Part shown: piece by piece, positions 1 through 7,536 of the stretch
Layout of the letters: each line of letters opens with the position of its first letter
Position numbering within the stretch: position 1 is the stretch's first letter
From: a virus
Lineage: Duplodnaviria; Caudoviricetes
Virus record (IMG/VR): IMGVR_UViG_3300017965_000007
Coordinates: 1 to 37,281 of that record
Direction: 5' to 3' (one strand)
Length of the DNA stretch: 37,281 nucleotides
Made by a program: the position numbers and the translations under genes
The notes under the pieces: model-generated
Databases searched by the model: none
Seen by the model: the letters and a program-made list of their open reading frames with translations, nothing else
What the model was told of the DNA's origin: nothing

Positions 1-290
1 CGCGGCCCGGAGGCGGGGCGGACGGCGCGTGGGGGGTCTTCAGCTCGGCCTCGCCCAGCGCGGGGGGCAGCGGGGCGGGGGGGGGGGGCGGGGAGCTCCG
101 CATAGCTCATTGGGATCTGCGCGAACCAGAGCGAGATCGAATTGGCGGTGGCCTGGTCCCACACGACGCGCACGCGTGTCTCGTCCTTGGCCTCGTCGTA
201 GGCGGCGTCCTCGACCTTGGCGCCGAAGCGCTCAAAAGTCGGCACGACCTCGTGCGGCTCCACGCCAAGCAAAAGCAATTCTCCACGCAT
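1..290 (-). CDS. hypothetical protein, 3'-truncated at the window edge (MRGELLLLGVEPHEVVPTFERFGAKVEDAAYDEAKDETRVRVVWDQ...)
   Basis: Read manually and absent from the ORF track. ATG at 290 follows a GGGAG SD; GC3-rich codons; frame stays open to base 1. The first ~90 bases look low quality. Confidence 0.6.
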   Translation of the reverse strand, partial: MRGELLLLGVEPHEVVPTFERFGAKVEDAAYDEAKDETRVRVVWDQATANSISLWFAQIPMSYAELPAPPPRPAAPRAGRGRAEDPPRAVRPASGP

Positions 291-329
291 CGCGGCTCCC
301 CCCCGGGTGCGGCTAATCAGGGAAAAGGG

Positions 330-359
330 ACGCTATACCCATGTGGGTTGGGGGCGCAA
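330..359 (-). promoter_or_regulatory. putative sigma70-type promoter TTGCGC-N18-TAGCGT for the ORF starting at 290
   Basis: Hexamers at 359-354 and 335-330 with an 18-nt spacer, as in the other promoters of this genome. Confidence 0.35.
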
Positions 360-416
360 CGATCGTGTGACGCAACACACCGCGTTACTGGGGCGCCAGG
401 TCACGGGCGGGCGAAA

Positions 417-941
417 TTACACATCCCCATCGGGCGGCGTAAAGCGCTGCATTTGCCGGTACATGAGCAGGAGCGTCTCGTAAAAGACGTTCGGGTACAG
501 CACGTGCGGGCGTGGCCAGGGAATTGTGCGCAGCCAGGCGCGCTCGTCGGGCGTCACCACGCTGTGCGCTGGCCCGTCTGAGGGCGCGGCGGGCTGCTTG
601 GCGAGCCATCGATCGACCCCGAGCTGCTGCGCGGGCCTGCTCAGCGCTGCGCCGTCCTGGAGCTCGCGCGGGTTGCGGGGCATCTCCTCGCCCTCCGCCA
701 GGTACACGGGCAGCACGCCGTTCAGGATGTACGCGGGGTGCACGCGCAGGACCTTGCACACGGGTTCGAGCGACCGGTACTGCATGTGCCGGATGCCATC
801 GAGCATCTGCGAGAGCGTCTGCGTCTGGATGCTCGCCGCGCCCGCGAGCTTCGACCGACTCCAGTCGGTCTGGTCGAACACCTCGCGCAGGCGCCGGGCG
901 GCGTCTTGGTTGGGCGGTTTTCGAGGTGGAGGGCCAGGCAC
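417..941 (-). CDS. CI-like immunity repressor (N-terminal XRE/Cro-C1 HTH; no S24 autopeptidase domain)
   Basis: RLREVFDQTDWSRSKLAGAASIQTQTLSQMLDG...VCKVLRVHPAYILNG is an XRE HTH pattern; divergent from the cro-like gene. Confidence 0.75.
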   Translation of the reverse strand: MPGPPPRKPPNQDAARRLREVFDQTDWSRSKLAGAASIQTQTLSQMLDGIRHMQYRSLEPVCKVLRVHPAYILNGVLPVYLAEGEEMPRNPRELQDGAALSRPAQQLGVDRWLAKQPAAPSDGPAHSVVTPDERAWLRTIPWPRPHVLYPNVFYETLLLMYRQMQRFTPPDGDV

Positions 942-952
942 TGGTTAGGGCC

Positions 953-982
953 ATGTTTGGGGGAAATCCAGGGCATTTGCAA
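953..982 (-). promoter_or_regulatory. putative PRM-like repressor promoter TTGCAA-N18-AAACAT
   Basis: Hexamers at 982-977 and 958-953, 11 nt before the GTG at 941. Confidence 0.4.
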
Positions 983-987
983 GAGCG

Positions 988-999
988 TCACTAGGGATT
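988..999. promoter_or_regulatory. degenerate operator TCACTAGGGATT
   Basis: Partial match to TTCCCTAGGGAA, immediately upstream of the PRM-like -35. Confidence 0.4.
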
Positions 1000-1064
1000 G
1001 TCCGATTACTGGACACGTGTGCAAGCGTTCTTGCAGGGCGGATATTCGTGACGTCACATGCGCC

Positions 1065-1094
1065 TTGACCATTATTCCCTAGGGAATATACATT
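1065..1094 (+). promoter_or_regulatory. PR-like promoter TTGACC-N18-TACATT with the perfect 16-bp palindromic operator TATTCCCTAGGGAATA (1073-1088) in the spacer
   Basis: Read directly; AT-rich island in a GC-rich genome; ATG follows 8 nt after the -10 with no SD. Confidence 0.75.
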
Positions 1095-1102
1095 AGGCGC
1101 GC

Positions 1103-1351
1103 ATGGTCACAGAAGAGCAGCTGGAGAGAGCGCGCGCGCGGGGCGCGCTCATACGCGCCGCACGCATGGCGCGCGCGTGGAGCGTGGCGCAGCTGGCGGT
1201 GAACGCGGGCGTGTCGTCCGACCACCTCTACACGCTCGAGCGCGGCGAGCACGTCGCGCAGCAGCGCACGCTCCATCGCATCGCGAAGGCCCTGGGCGAG
1301 CCGGCGCGCTCTGCGCTCCTCGGCGAGCGCGCTCGCGAGGCCGAGGCGTGA
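1103..1351 (+). CDS. Cro-like XRE HTH transcriptional regulator
   Basis: IRAARMARAWSVAQLAVNAGVSSDHLYTLERGE...TLHRIAKALG is a canonical HTH_3 pattern; 82 aa; first gene after PR. Confidence 0.85.
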   Translation: MVTEEQLERARARGALIRAARMARAWSVAQLAVNAGVSSDHLYTLERGEHVAQQRTLHRIAKALGEPARSALLGERAREAEA

Positions 1352-1376
1352 CGCGCGCCACCACATCGTCGGACGC

Positions 1377-1465
1377 GCACGGCTCCCCCGCCGTGCCCCC
1401 CACGTCCACGGAGGCCGCTCGCATCTCGTCAAAGCGCGGGGAGCGCTCATGAGATGCGGGCGGCC
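1377..1465 (+). other. two RNA stem-loops in the intergenic region after cro
   Basis: GCACGGC/GCCGTGC (1377-1396); 17-bp stem 1413-1429 with 1449-1465 containing two G-U pairs, plus inner stem AGCGC/GCGCT. Confidence 0.55.
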
Positions 1466-1493
1466 GGCAGTTCAACACGTGAAGGAGACAGCG

Positions 1494-1862
1494 ATGGGCA
1501 ACAAGTACGTGAAGGACCTGCCGTGCGTGATGACCGACGACGAGAAGCGTCTGAAGGGCATTGCGCTCGCCCAGGCCGTCGAAGAGAAGCGCGCGCTGGA
1601 CGCTGAAAAAAAGGAGTTCAGCGAGGAGCACAAGTCTCGCGTGGGGCGCGTCGACACGCGCATCTACCGGCTCAGCCACGAGGTCACCACGGGCAGAGAA
1701 ACGCGCTCGGTCGACTGCGCCGAGTACGAGCGTTACCCGGCGCATATGGTCGACCTGGTGCGCCTCGACTCAGGCGAGGTCGTCTTCTCGCGCCCGATGC
1801 GCCCGGACGAGCTGCAGACCAGCATGGAGATGCAGCAGGGCGGGGCCGAGGAAGGACACTGA
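1494..1862 (+). CDS. hypothetical phage protein (coiled-coil N-terminus)
   Basis: AAGGAG SD before ATG 1494; coding-like codon usage. Confidence 0.7.
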   Translation: MGNKYVKDLPCVMTDDEKRLKGIALAQAVEEKRALDAEKKEFSEEHKSRVGRVDTRIYRLSHEVTTGRETRSVDCAEYERYPAHMVDLVRLDSGEVVFSRPMRPDELQTSMEMQQGGAEEGH

Positions 1863-1865
1863 GTT

Positions 1866-2372
1866 GTGACGCAGGCGCTTGCCCCGATCGCGCGCGACAC
1901 CGACGAGCGCTTCACGCCCGAGAGCGTGCTCGCCGTGGTGCGGGAGTTTCACTGCATCGTGCTGGACCCGTGCACCGCCGCAAACAATCCGGTCGGGGCC
2001 GGCGTGTGGCTGACCGAGTGCGGGCTCGGGGCGAACTGGGGGGACTTAATCGCCAACGCGTTCGAGGATGGCATTGCCTTCTGGAACCCGCCCTATTCGC
2101 GCGGACAGCTTCTGCAGTGGGTCACCAAGGCGCACGCCGAGTGGCGACTTGAGGGCGTCGAGTCGATCGGCCTCATCCCGTCCGACACCAGCACGAGGGC
2201 CACGCAGTACGTGCTCGAGACCGCTAACGCGATCGCGTTCTGGAAAAAGCGCATCTGCTTTGCTGGCGAGCAGGGGGCGAAGTTCGCCAACGCCTTGCCG
2301 TACTACGGCGAGCGCCAGGGCCGGTTCAAGCGCGTGTTCGAGGACCACGCGATCGTGCTGGTGCTGCGATGA
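1866..2372 (+). CDS. phage DNA N6-adenine methyltransferase (phage Dam-like)
   Basis: DERFTP, LDPC, catalytic WNPPYS, LIPSDTST and RICF motifs typical of phage Dam-type MTases. Confidence 0.8.
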   Translation: MTQALAPIARDTDERFTPESVLAVVREFHCIVLDPCTAANNPVGAGVWLTECGLGANWGDLIANAFEDGIAFWNPPYSRGQLLQWVTKAHAEWRLEGVESIGLIPSDTSTRATQYVLETANAIAFWKKRICFAGEQGAKFANALPYYGERQGRFKRVFEDHAIVLVLR

Positions 2373-3307
2373 CCTGGTTCCGCATCGACGACGGCTTCCC
2401 GGAGCATCCAAAGCTCGAGGTTTTGGAGTCTCAACCGAGACTTTACATGGCTGCGATCACTGTCTGGACGGTCATGGGAGCCGACTGCGCGCGCCGTTTG
2501 ACCGATGGTTTTGTGAGCTTGACGCGACTTGAGAAGGTCTTACATCGGCTGGGGAAGGACGCCAAGCAGGGGGCGCAAGCGCTGGTCACATGCGGGCTTT
2601 GGGAACACGATGGGGACGGGTGGCGCTATCACGATTGGGCTGATTATCAGCCAAAAAAGACCGATGTAGACGCCGCGAGGAGGCACAAAGCAGCGCGTCA
2701 GAAACGATGGCGAGACGCCCATGTAGACGCGTCTACACGACCGTCTGTAGACGCGTCGCGAGACGGCACCGTAGAGGGTGCCCACGCGCGCGTCTCCCGT
2801 CCCAGCCCGTCCCAGCCCGTCCCGACCGTGAGAGAGAGAGCGCGCGCGCCGGCGGTCCTGGACCGGCAGGCGGAGAGCGAGCGGGTCGTGCGGCAAGAGT
2901 TCGCGCAGCGGTTCGAGGCGGCCGAGGGGAGCCTGTGGACCCGGGCGGGAGACCCGAGCGTGGCGGTGCTCGCGGCGTGGCTGTGCTCGCTGCCAGGCGA
3001 GGTCGACGCAAACCTTGCCCGCACGCTCGACACGTTTTTCGATGACCCGTGGTGCCGCTCGCAGCACTTCCCGATCGCGCATCTGGCACGCGATGCCCAC
3101 AAGTACTTCGAGCCGCGCGAGGCGCCGTCGCAGGTGAAGAACGGGCCCCAGCACGAGCTCGCAGCGCTGCGCAAACAGCACAAGGCGCTGTGCGAGCGCG
3201 GCGAGTTCGGCGACCCGCTCACCGAGGTCGTGCGCCAGATCCAGCAGCTGGAAAAAGACCTCGAGACGCCTCGAGGAGGGGAGCCGCGCCGTGCCTTCGG
3301 ACGCTGA
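2369..3307 (+). CDS. phage replication initiator / replisome organizer
   Basis: N-terminal WFRIDDGFPEHPK...TDG...LVTCGLWE...WRYHDWADYQP motif of phage Rep proteins; internal iterons; Pro-rich linker. Confidence 0.7.
   Translation: MTWFRIDDGFPEHPKLEVLESQPRLYMAAITVWTVMGADCARRLTDGFVSLTRLEKVLHRLGKDAKQGAQALVTCGLWEHDGDGWRYHDWADYQPKKTDVDAARRHKAARQKRWRDAHVDASTRPSVDASRDGTVEGAHARVSRPSPSQPVPTVRERARAPAVLDRQAESERVVRQEFAQRFEAAEGSLWTRAGDPSVAVLAAWLCSLPGEVDANLARTLDTFFDDPWCRSQHFPIAHLARDAHKYFEPREAPSQVKNGPQHELAALRKQHKALCERGEFGDPLTEVVRQIQQLEKDLETPRGGEPRRAFGR
2665..2830. repeat. putative replication origin: TGTAGACGC iterons, 16-bp palindrome TGTAGACGCGTCTACA (2722-2737), CCCGTCCCAG tandem repeat
   Basis: Copies at 2665, 2722 and 2746 plus an inverted copy within the palindrome; located inside the rep gene as in lambdoid O genes. 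Confidence 0.55.
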
Positions 3308-3785
3308 GCAGAACGCAGCTCTCGCGGCCGTCTGCGCCACGGAGAACTACGAGCTGGTCGCACGCGACGGCCTCGAGCAGCTCGGCGCGTTCACGCCGAT
3401 TCGCTTCGAGGCGCCGCCCTCGTGGCTCGAAAGTGCGATCGACCAGGCGCGAAGGCTTGGACGCGAGGGCAACCCGCAAGCAGCTCGCCAGGTCGTACAA
3501 AACATCGTCGGCGCGCACGACACCGCGGTCGGCCTCGGCAAGTACCGCGAGCACGTGACGTGGGCCGAGGCCGAGAACGCACGCAAGCTCGGCCAGCTCG
3601 CCTGGACCTGGAACACGCTGCGTGAGCACGCACGAGAGGACGTCGCGACCGACCGCAAGCTCGAGCTGCTCGAGCGATTTGCGCACGAGCACTACGGCGT
3701 CACCGAGCTGCGCACCGAGCGCGGCTGGGCAGAGCAGCAAACGCGGGTCATGGCGATCTTGCCGAGAGCCTGGAGGAACGCATGA
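3291..3785 (+). CDS. hypothetical protein (position of a helicase loader/replication accessory)
   Basis: GGGGAG SD; overlaps the rep stop and the next start; no recognisable motif. Confidence 0.6.
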   Translation: MPSDAEQNAALAAVCATENYELVARDGLEQLGAFTPIRFEAPPSWLESAIDQARRLGREGNPQAARQVVQNIVGAHDTAVGLGKYREHVTWAEAENARKLGQLAWTWNTLREHAREDVATDRKLELLERFAHEHYGVTELRTERGWAEQQTRVMAILPRAWRNA

Positions 3786-4489
3786 TTGCCGCGTTGTTCG
3801 TTTGCCCCCCCCCGAAGGGCGTGTACTTCGGCCTGCCGCACGTCGATGCGTGGGACGAGCGGCGCGACGCGCGGCTGTACGCGGGTCCGTATCCGGTCGT
3901 GGCGCATCCGCCTTGTCAGCGCTGGGGCCGCTACTGGCACGGTGGACCGAGCGCGAGAGTACGTATGCGCAAGGGTGACGACGCCGGCTGCTTTGCGTCA
4001 GCGCTCGCCTCCGTGCGTCGCTGGGGCGGCGTGCTCGAGCATCCCGAAGCGTCGGCTGCGTGGCAGGTCTTTCGGCTGAACGCGCCGCCTCACGGGGGCG
4101 CTTGGGTGGCCGCAGACTTCGAGGGCGGATGGACGTGTCGAGTCGAGCAGGGCCACTACGGCCACCGTGCGCGCAAGGCAACGTGGCTCTATGCGTGCGG
4201 CGTCTCCAGCCTCCCGTCGCTGCGATGGGGTCCAAGCGCGCAGCGCGTTCGACTGGACCATGGTTTCCACTCGGCCGAGGAGAGACGCCGCGCGGTGAGC
4301 CCGCCCAAGGGAATGTCCGCCGAGCATCGAGCTGCGCGGCGGGAGTGGCTCGCGCAGTACGCGGAGGCTACCGGCAAAGAGTGGTGCTGCGCTGAGCGCA
4401 TGGGAAAGCACGAGCGCTTGGCCACGCCGCCGGCGTTCCGCGATTTGTTGATCGGCATCGCGCAGACGGCGCGCGCGGAGGCAGCATGA
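3782..4489 (+). CDS. C5-cytosine DNA methyltransferase-like protein (atypical, short)
   Basis: AHPPC (motif IV PC), VLEHP (motif VI-like), QGHYGHRARKATWL (motif VIII-like), RLATPPAF (motif X-like); no FxGxG seen. Confidence 0.55.
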   Translation: MIAALFVCPPPKGVYFGLPHVDAWDERRDARLYAGPYPVVAHPPCQRWGRYWHGGPSARVRMRKGDDAGCFASALASVRRWGGVLEHPEASAAWQVFRLNAPPHGGAWVAADFEGGWTCRVEQGHYGHRARKATWLYACGVSSLPSLRWGPSAQRVRLDHGFHSAEERRRAVSPPKGMSAEHRAARREWLAQYAEATGKEWCCAERMGKHERLATPPAFRDLLIGIAQTARAEAA

Positions 4490-4701
4490 AATGCGCAGTC
4501 TGCAGCGCGCCGGAGACCAAGCGCTACCGCATGGGCAGCGTGCGCGGACACCTCTGCGCCGCGTGCACGAAGAGCGCGGGCGACACGCTCACGGCGTGGA
4601 CCGAGCGGCGCATGCACGAGGTCGTGCTCGCGCATGTGCTCAGCGCCGAGCAGCTGCCGATCAGCACGCGGCGCAGGGTGAGAGAGCGAGGCGCGACATG
4701 A
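4486..4701 (+). CDS. hypothetical Zn-finger protein
   Basis: CAVC...CAAC; GGAGG SD; ATGA overlap. Confidence 0.6.
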   Translation: MKCAVCSAPETKRYRMGSVRGHLCAACTKSAGDTLTAWTERRMHEVVLAHVLSAEQLPISTRRRVRERGAT

Positions 4702-4886
4702 GCGAAAAGCCCGAGCTGGTGGCGTCGTTCACCGAGGAGGAGGTCGTCGCGCTTGACAAGCTCTTGGCGGCTGCCCGGCTGGGCGCCGCCGGCGACGCGC
4801 ACAGGCTCGTCCGAGACCCCGCCGTGAAGAGCGCGCACCTCAAGTTCCTCAGGATGCGTGCGAAGACCAAGGGGAGCGCGTCGTGA
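4698..4886 (+). CDS. hypothetical protein (MSEKPELVASF...)
   Basis: ATGA and GTGA coupling at both ends. Confidence 0.6.
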   Translation: MSEKPELVASFTEEEVVALDKLLAAARLGAAGDAHRLVRDPAVKSAHLKFLRMRAKTKGSAS

Positions 4887-5380
4887 CGTTCGCCCTCGCC
4901 TTCGCGCTCTGTTTGAGCTTCGTTGCCCCGAGCGGCGAGCGCACGTACTACGCACGGCTTCGTGCCCTCGGCGGCCCTGCGCACGTTGCCTCGGTGGCTC
5001 GCGACGTCGAGCAAGTCGCAGCAGAGACGGGCCTGCGCCCAGAAGACCTCGGCGCGCTCCTGATCGGCGAGAACCCGAGCCTTGACCCGAACGCGGTCAG
5101 CTGGAATCGCTCGAGCCGCGGCATGCTGCAGCTGAACGTGCGGGGCCGCTACTACCGCGGCTGGATTGCAGCGTGCCGCGCGGTGCCGTCGAGCTGCCGC
5201 TACAGCGCGATTCGCGAAGGCGCACGTGCCCTGTCGGACGCGCTCGAGAGGTGCCGCGCGGACTTCGCTTGCGCCGTCACGGTGTATCGCAGCGGGCGCG
5301 TGCGGAAGCTTCGCCAAGTCGACCTTGACGTGGTGACGACCGCGCGGCGCATTCGCGTGCTGATGGGAGGTGATGCGTGA
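4883..5380 (+). CDS. SLT-family lytic transglycosylase with N-terminal signal/anchor (candidate endolysin)
   Basis: LLIGENPSLDPNAVS (catalytic E), RGMLQL motif, IREGARAL, AVTVYRSG; hydrophobic FALAFALCLSFVA N-terminus. Confidence 0.7.
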   Translation: MTFALAFALCLSFVAPSGERTYYARLRALGGPAHVASVARDVEQVAAETGLRPEDLGALLIGENPSLDPNAVSWNRSSRGMLQLNVRGRYYRGWIAACRAVPSSCRYSAIREGARALSDALERCRADFACAVTVYRSGRVRKLRQVDLDVVTTARRIRVLMGGDA

Positions 5381-5997
5381 AGTACACGCCAACGATCGTC
5401 CTCGGCATCGACCAGGCGAAGGCCTCGGGCTGGGCGATTGCCACGCCTGGCGGCCGCGTGCTCCAGCACGGCCTGGCCAAGCACCACGGCGAACGCGAGG
5501 ACGCGCTCCACGAAGCGCTGCGGTACGCGCACCACGCGGCGGACGATCTGCTCGTGGTGTTCGAGGACCACGGCGCCATCAGCCTGAGCTACGGCGGGCG
5601 TAAGCGCGCAGACGGCCAGGACCAGGCGCCCAAGCGCAACGCGGCCATGCTCCTCGGCCTTGGCGCTGCACGCGGGCGCTGGGACGAGCTGCTCGACGGC
5701 ATTGGCCATCCCGAGGTGCTGCGGCTCAAGGTGACGCCGCGCGACTGGCGAGCACGTGTGCTTGGCGTAGGCCAGTCCATCGGCACCGACGCGCTCAAGC
5801 GGCGTGCGGTCGAGTGGGCCACGCGCCACGTGGGACGCGAGGTCACCGACCACAACGAGGCCGAGGGCATCTGCATCTGCGCGTGGGGCGCCATCGACGG
5901 CGTGGCCGTGCTCGCCCACCAGCGCAAAGCCACGCGCATGGTGAGCCGCGTGAAGAGAGCCGCGCAGAAACAGCTCGCGCTCGAGGAGGGGTCATGA
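5377..5997 (+). CDS. RuvC-like Holliday junction resolvase
   Basis: IVLGIDQ...SGWA, VFED, VTPRDWR, DHNEAEGI acidic RNase H-fold motifs. Confidence 0.75.
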   Translation: MKYTPTIVLGIDQAKASGWAIATPGGRVLQHGLAKHHGEREDALHEALRYAHHAADDLLVVFEDHGAISLSYGGRKRADGQDQAPKRNAAMLLGLGAARGRWDELLDGIGHPEVLRLKVTPRDWRARVLGVGQSIGTDALKRRAVEWATRHVGREVTDHNEAEGICICAWGAIDGVAVLAHQRKATRMVSRVKRAAQKQLALEEGS

Positions 5998-6134
5998 CGC
6001 TGCGTGATGTGCTGCTCGTACTGCTTTTGCTGGTGCTGCTGAGCTACCTGGTCCCGCACCACGTGCCGCTGTTGGTGTCTGGTCCGCTCGGTGTGGTGAT
6101 CTTGGTCTTGCTGCTGATCGTGGTGCTCAGGTGA
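5994..6134 (+). CDS. small two-TM membrane protein (holin candidate), 46 aa
   Basis: MTLRDVLLVLLLLVLLSYLVPHHVPLLVSGPLGVVILVLLLIVVLR; GAGGAGG SD; overlapping start/stop codons. Confidence 0.55.
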   Translation: MTLRDVLLVLLLLVLLSYLVPHHVPLLVSGPLGVVILVLLLIVVLR

Positions 6135-6607
6135 GCGTCCGCTTCGCCAGCGTGCCCGAGCTCGGGCGGGTCGCGTTCGGGCCCATGCTCGAGAGCGAGC
6201 GCGGGCTTGTGCTGCACAGCTTCGTGCACGGCTACGTCGATGCGCTCGGGCACGGCGCGAAGTCCGGCAGCCCGCACCGGCACGCGTACCTCGCGAGCTT
6301 CGGCCACGAGGCCGAGCGGCTCCTCGACGCGGGCGCCGATGTGATCGTGGCGCGTGACAGCGAGTGTGACGCGCGGGCCTATGGCTGGGTGATGTTCGAC
6401 GCGCCACGAGACGCCGTCCACTGGGTGAGCGTGAAGCAGGACTTTCGGCGCCTACAGCTCGGCTCGCTCTTGCTCCAGGCGGCCTTTCCGCACGGGGCGA
6501 GCTGGTACACGTTGCGGTCACGATTCGATCAGAAAGCCGAGGCGCTGGGCATGCGGTACCGCGTGCCGATTCGCCTGGTGCACAGCCCACGCAGGAGAAG
6601 CGCATGA
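6131..6607 (+). CDS. GNAT-family acetyltransferase
   Basis: VHWVSVKQDFRRLQLGSLLL acetyl-CoA-binding motif A. Confidence 0.7.
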   Translation: MSVRFASVPELGRVAFGPMLESERGLVLHSFVHGYVDALGHGAKSGSPHRHAYLASFGHEAERLLDAGADVIVARDSECDARAYGWVMFDAPRDAVHWVSVKQDFRRLQLGSLLLQAAFPHGASWYTLRSRFDQKAEALGMRYRVPIRLVHSPRRRSA

Positions 6608-6900
6608 CGCGGAACTACGCGCGCATTCAGCTACGCATGACCGCCAGGTTTCTGCCTGGCTGGCGGCCCAACAACGAGGCCAAGACGCCGTACATGCACG
6701 CCTACGAGGCGCCCGAGTTCGAGATCACGAGGGAGACCGGCGAGCACGCGTACCTGGTCACGCACAAGGCCACGGGCGAGCAGTGCGAGGTGCCGCTCGC
6801 CAACGTGCGGTGCGCCGTCTTGCAACGGGTGCAACACGTGGAACAGCCGCAACGGGTGCAACAGCCGCAGCACACGCAACACGTGAAGGGGAAGCGGTGA
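6604..6900 (+). CDS. hypothetical protein with Gln-rich repeated C-terminus
   Basis: AGGAG SD; ATGA overlap; VQHVEQPQRVQQPQHTQH. Confidence 0.6.
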   Translation: MTRNYARIQLRMTARFLPGWRPNNEAKTPYMHAYEAPEFEITRETGEHAYLVTHKATGEQCEVPLANVRCAVLQRVQHVEQPQRVQQPQHTQHVKGKR

Positions 6901-7091
6901 TGGACGAGCTGGCAAGGCTTCGAATCCTGCTTCGCGAGCTCGTCGCGCAGCAGGAGGATGCGTACCAGGAGTCGGTGCGCACGAAAGACGCCGTAGACGT
7001 GGGCCGGTCGCTGGGCCTGCAAACAGCGGTCAACCTGACCGAGGAGGTCATCAAGCAGGCGCTTGACGAGAGGCAAGACGATGGCCCGTAA
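6900..7091 (+). CDS. hypothetical protein (MDELARLRILL...)
   Basis: TGATG coupling; helical composition. Confidence 0.6.
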   Translation: MDELARLRILLRELVAQQEDAYQESVRTKDAVDVGRSLGLQTAVNLTEEVIKQALDERQDDGP

Positions 7092-7536
7092 GCCCGAGTT
7101 CCGCGCCCCCCTCCGTGCCACGCCAGGCTACGGCGTGATCGGCATCGACCGCGCTGCCGTCATCGCCCGCTGTGCGCGCAGCATCCACGAGCGCGCCGAG
7201 GCCGGCGAGAAGCGCATGCGCGAGCAGGACGCGCGCTGGAAGTACGAGGAACGCGAGAGCTTCGTGTTCGTGGTCGAGGCCATCACCAAGAAGATCCGCG
7301 CCAAGATCCTCTCGGGCTACAAAGCCACGTCCGTGACCGAGGTGGGCGGCCCTGGCTGCGGGCAGGTCTGGGCGACGGCGCGCCTGTTCAAGAGCCTCGA
7401 CCCCGCGGTCCGCTACACGCTCGCGCAGCAGTTTCTCGCGCACAAGCTGTGCCGCGACTACGACGAGTGCCGCAGGCGCGCCGCCCTGTGCGAGCTGTAC
7501 TTCGACAGGTCGTTTGCGCTGGGGAGCAGGGGATGA
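7081..7536 (+). CDS. hypothetical protein
   Basis: Continuous operon tiling; GC3 bias. Confidence 0.6.
   Translation: MARKPEFRAPLRATPGYGVIGIDRAAVIARCARSIHERAEAGEKRMREQDARWKYEERESFVFVVEAITKKIRAKILSGYKATSVTEVGGPGCGQVWATARLFKSLDPAVRYTLAQQFLAHKLCRDYDECRRRAALCELYFDRSFALGSRG

Noticed and set aside
385-954. 189-aa ATG-initiated ORF as the repressor
   Set aside because: Arg/Ala/Pro-rich shadow translation; the HTH is in the 417-941 frame
365-1057. Short palindromes GTGTG-N6-CACAC (365-380), ACACGTGT (1013-1020) and GTGACGTCAC (1048-1057) as CRP-family sites
   Set aside because: Spacing does not fit TGTGA-N6-TCACA and they do not share one consensus; too weak to call
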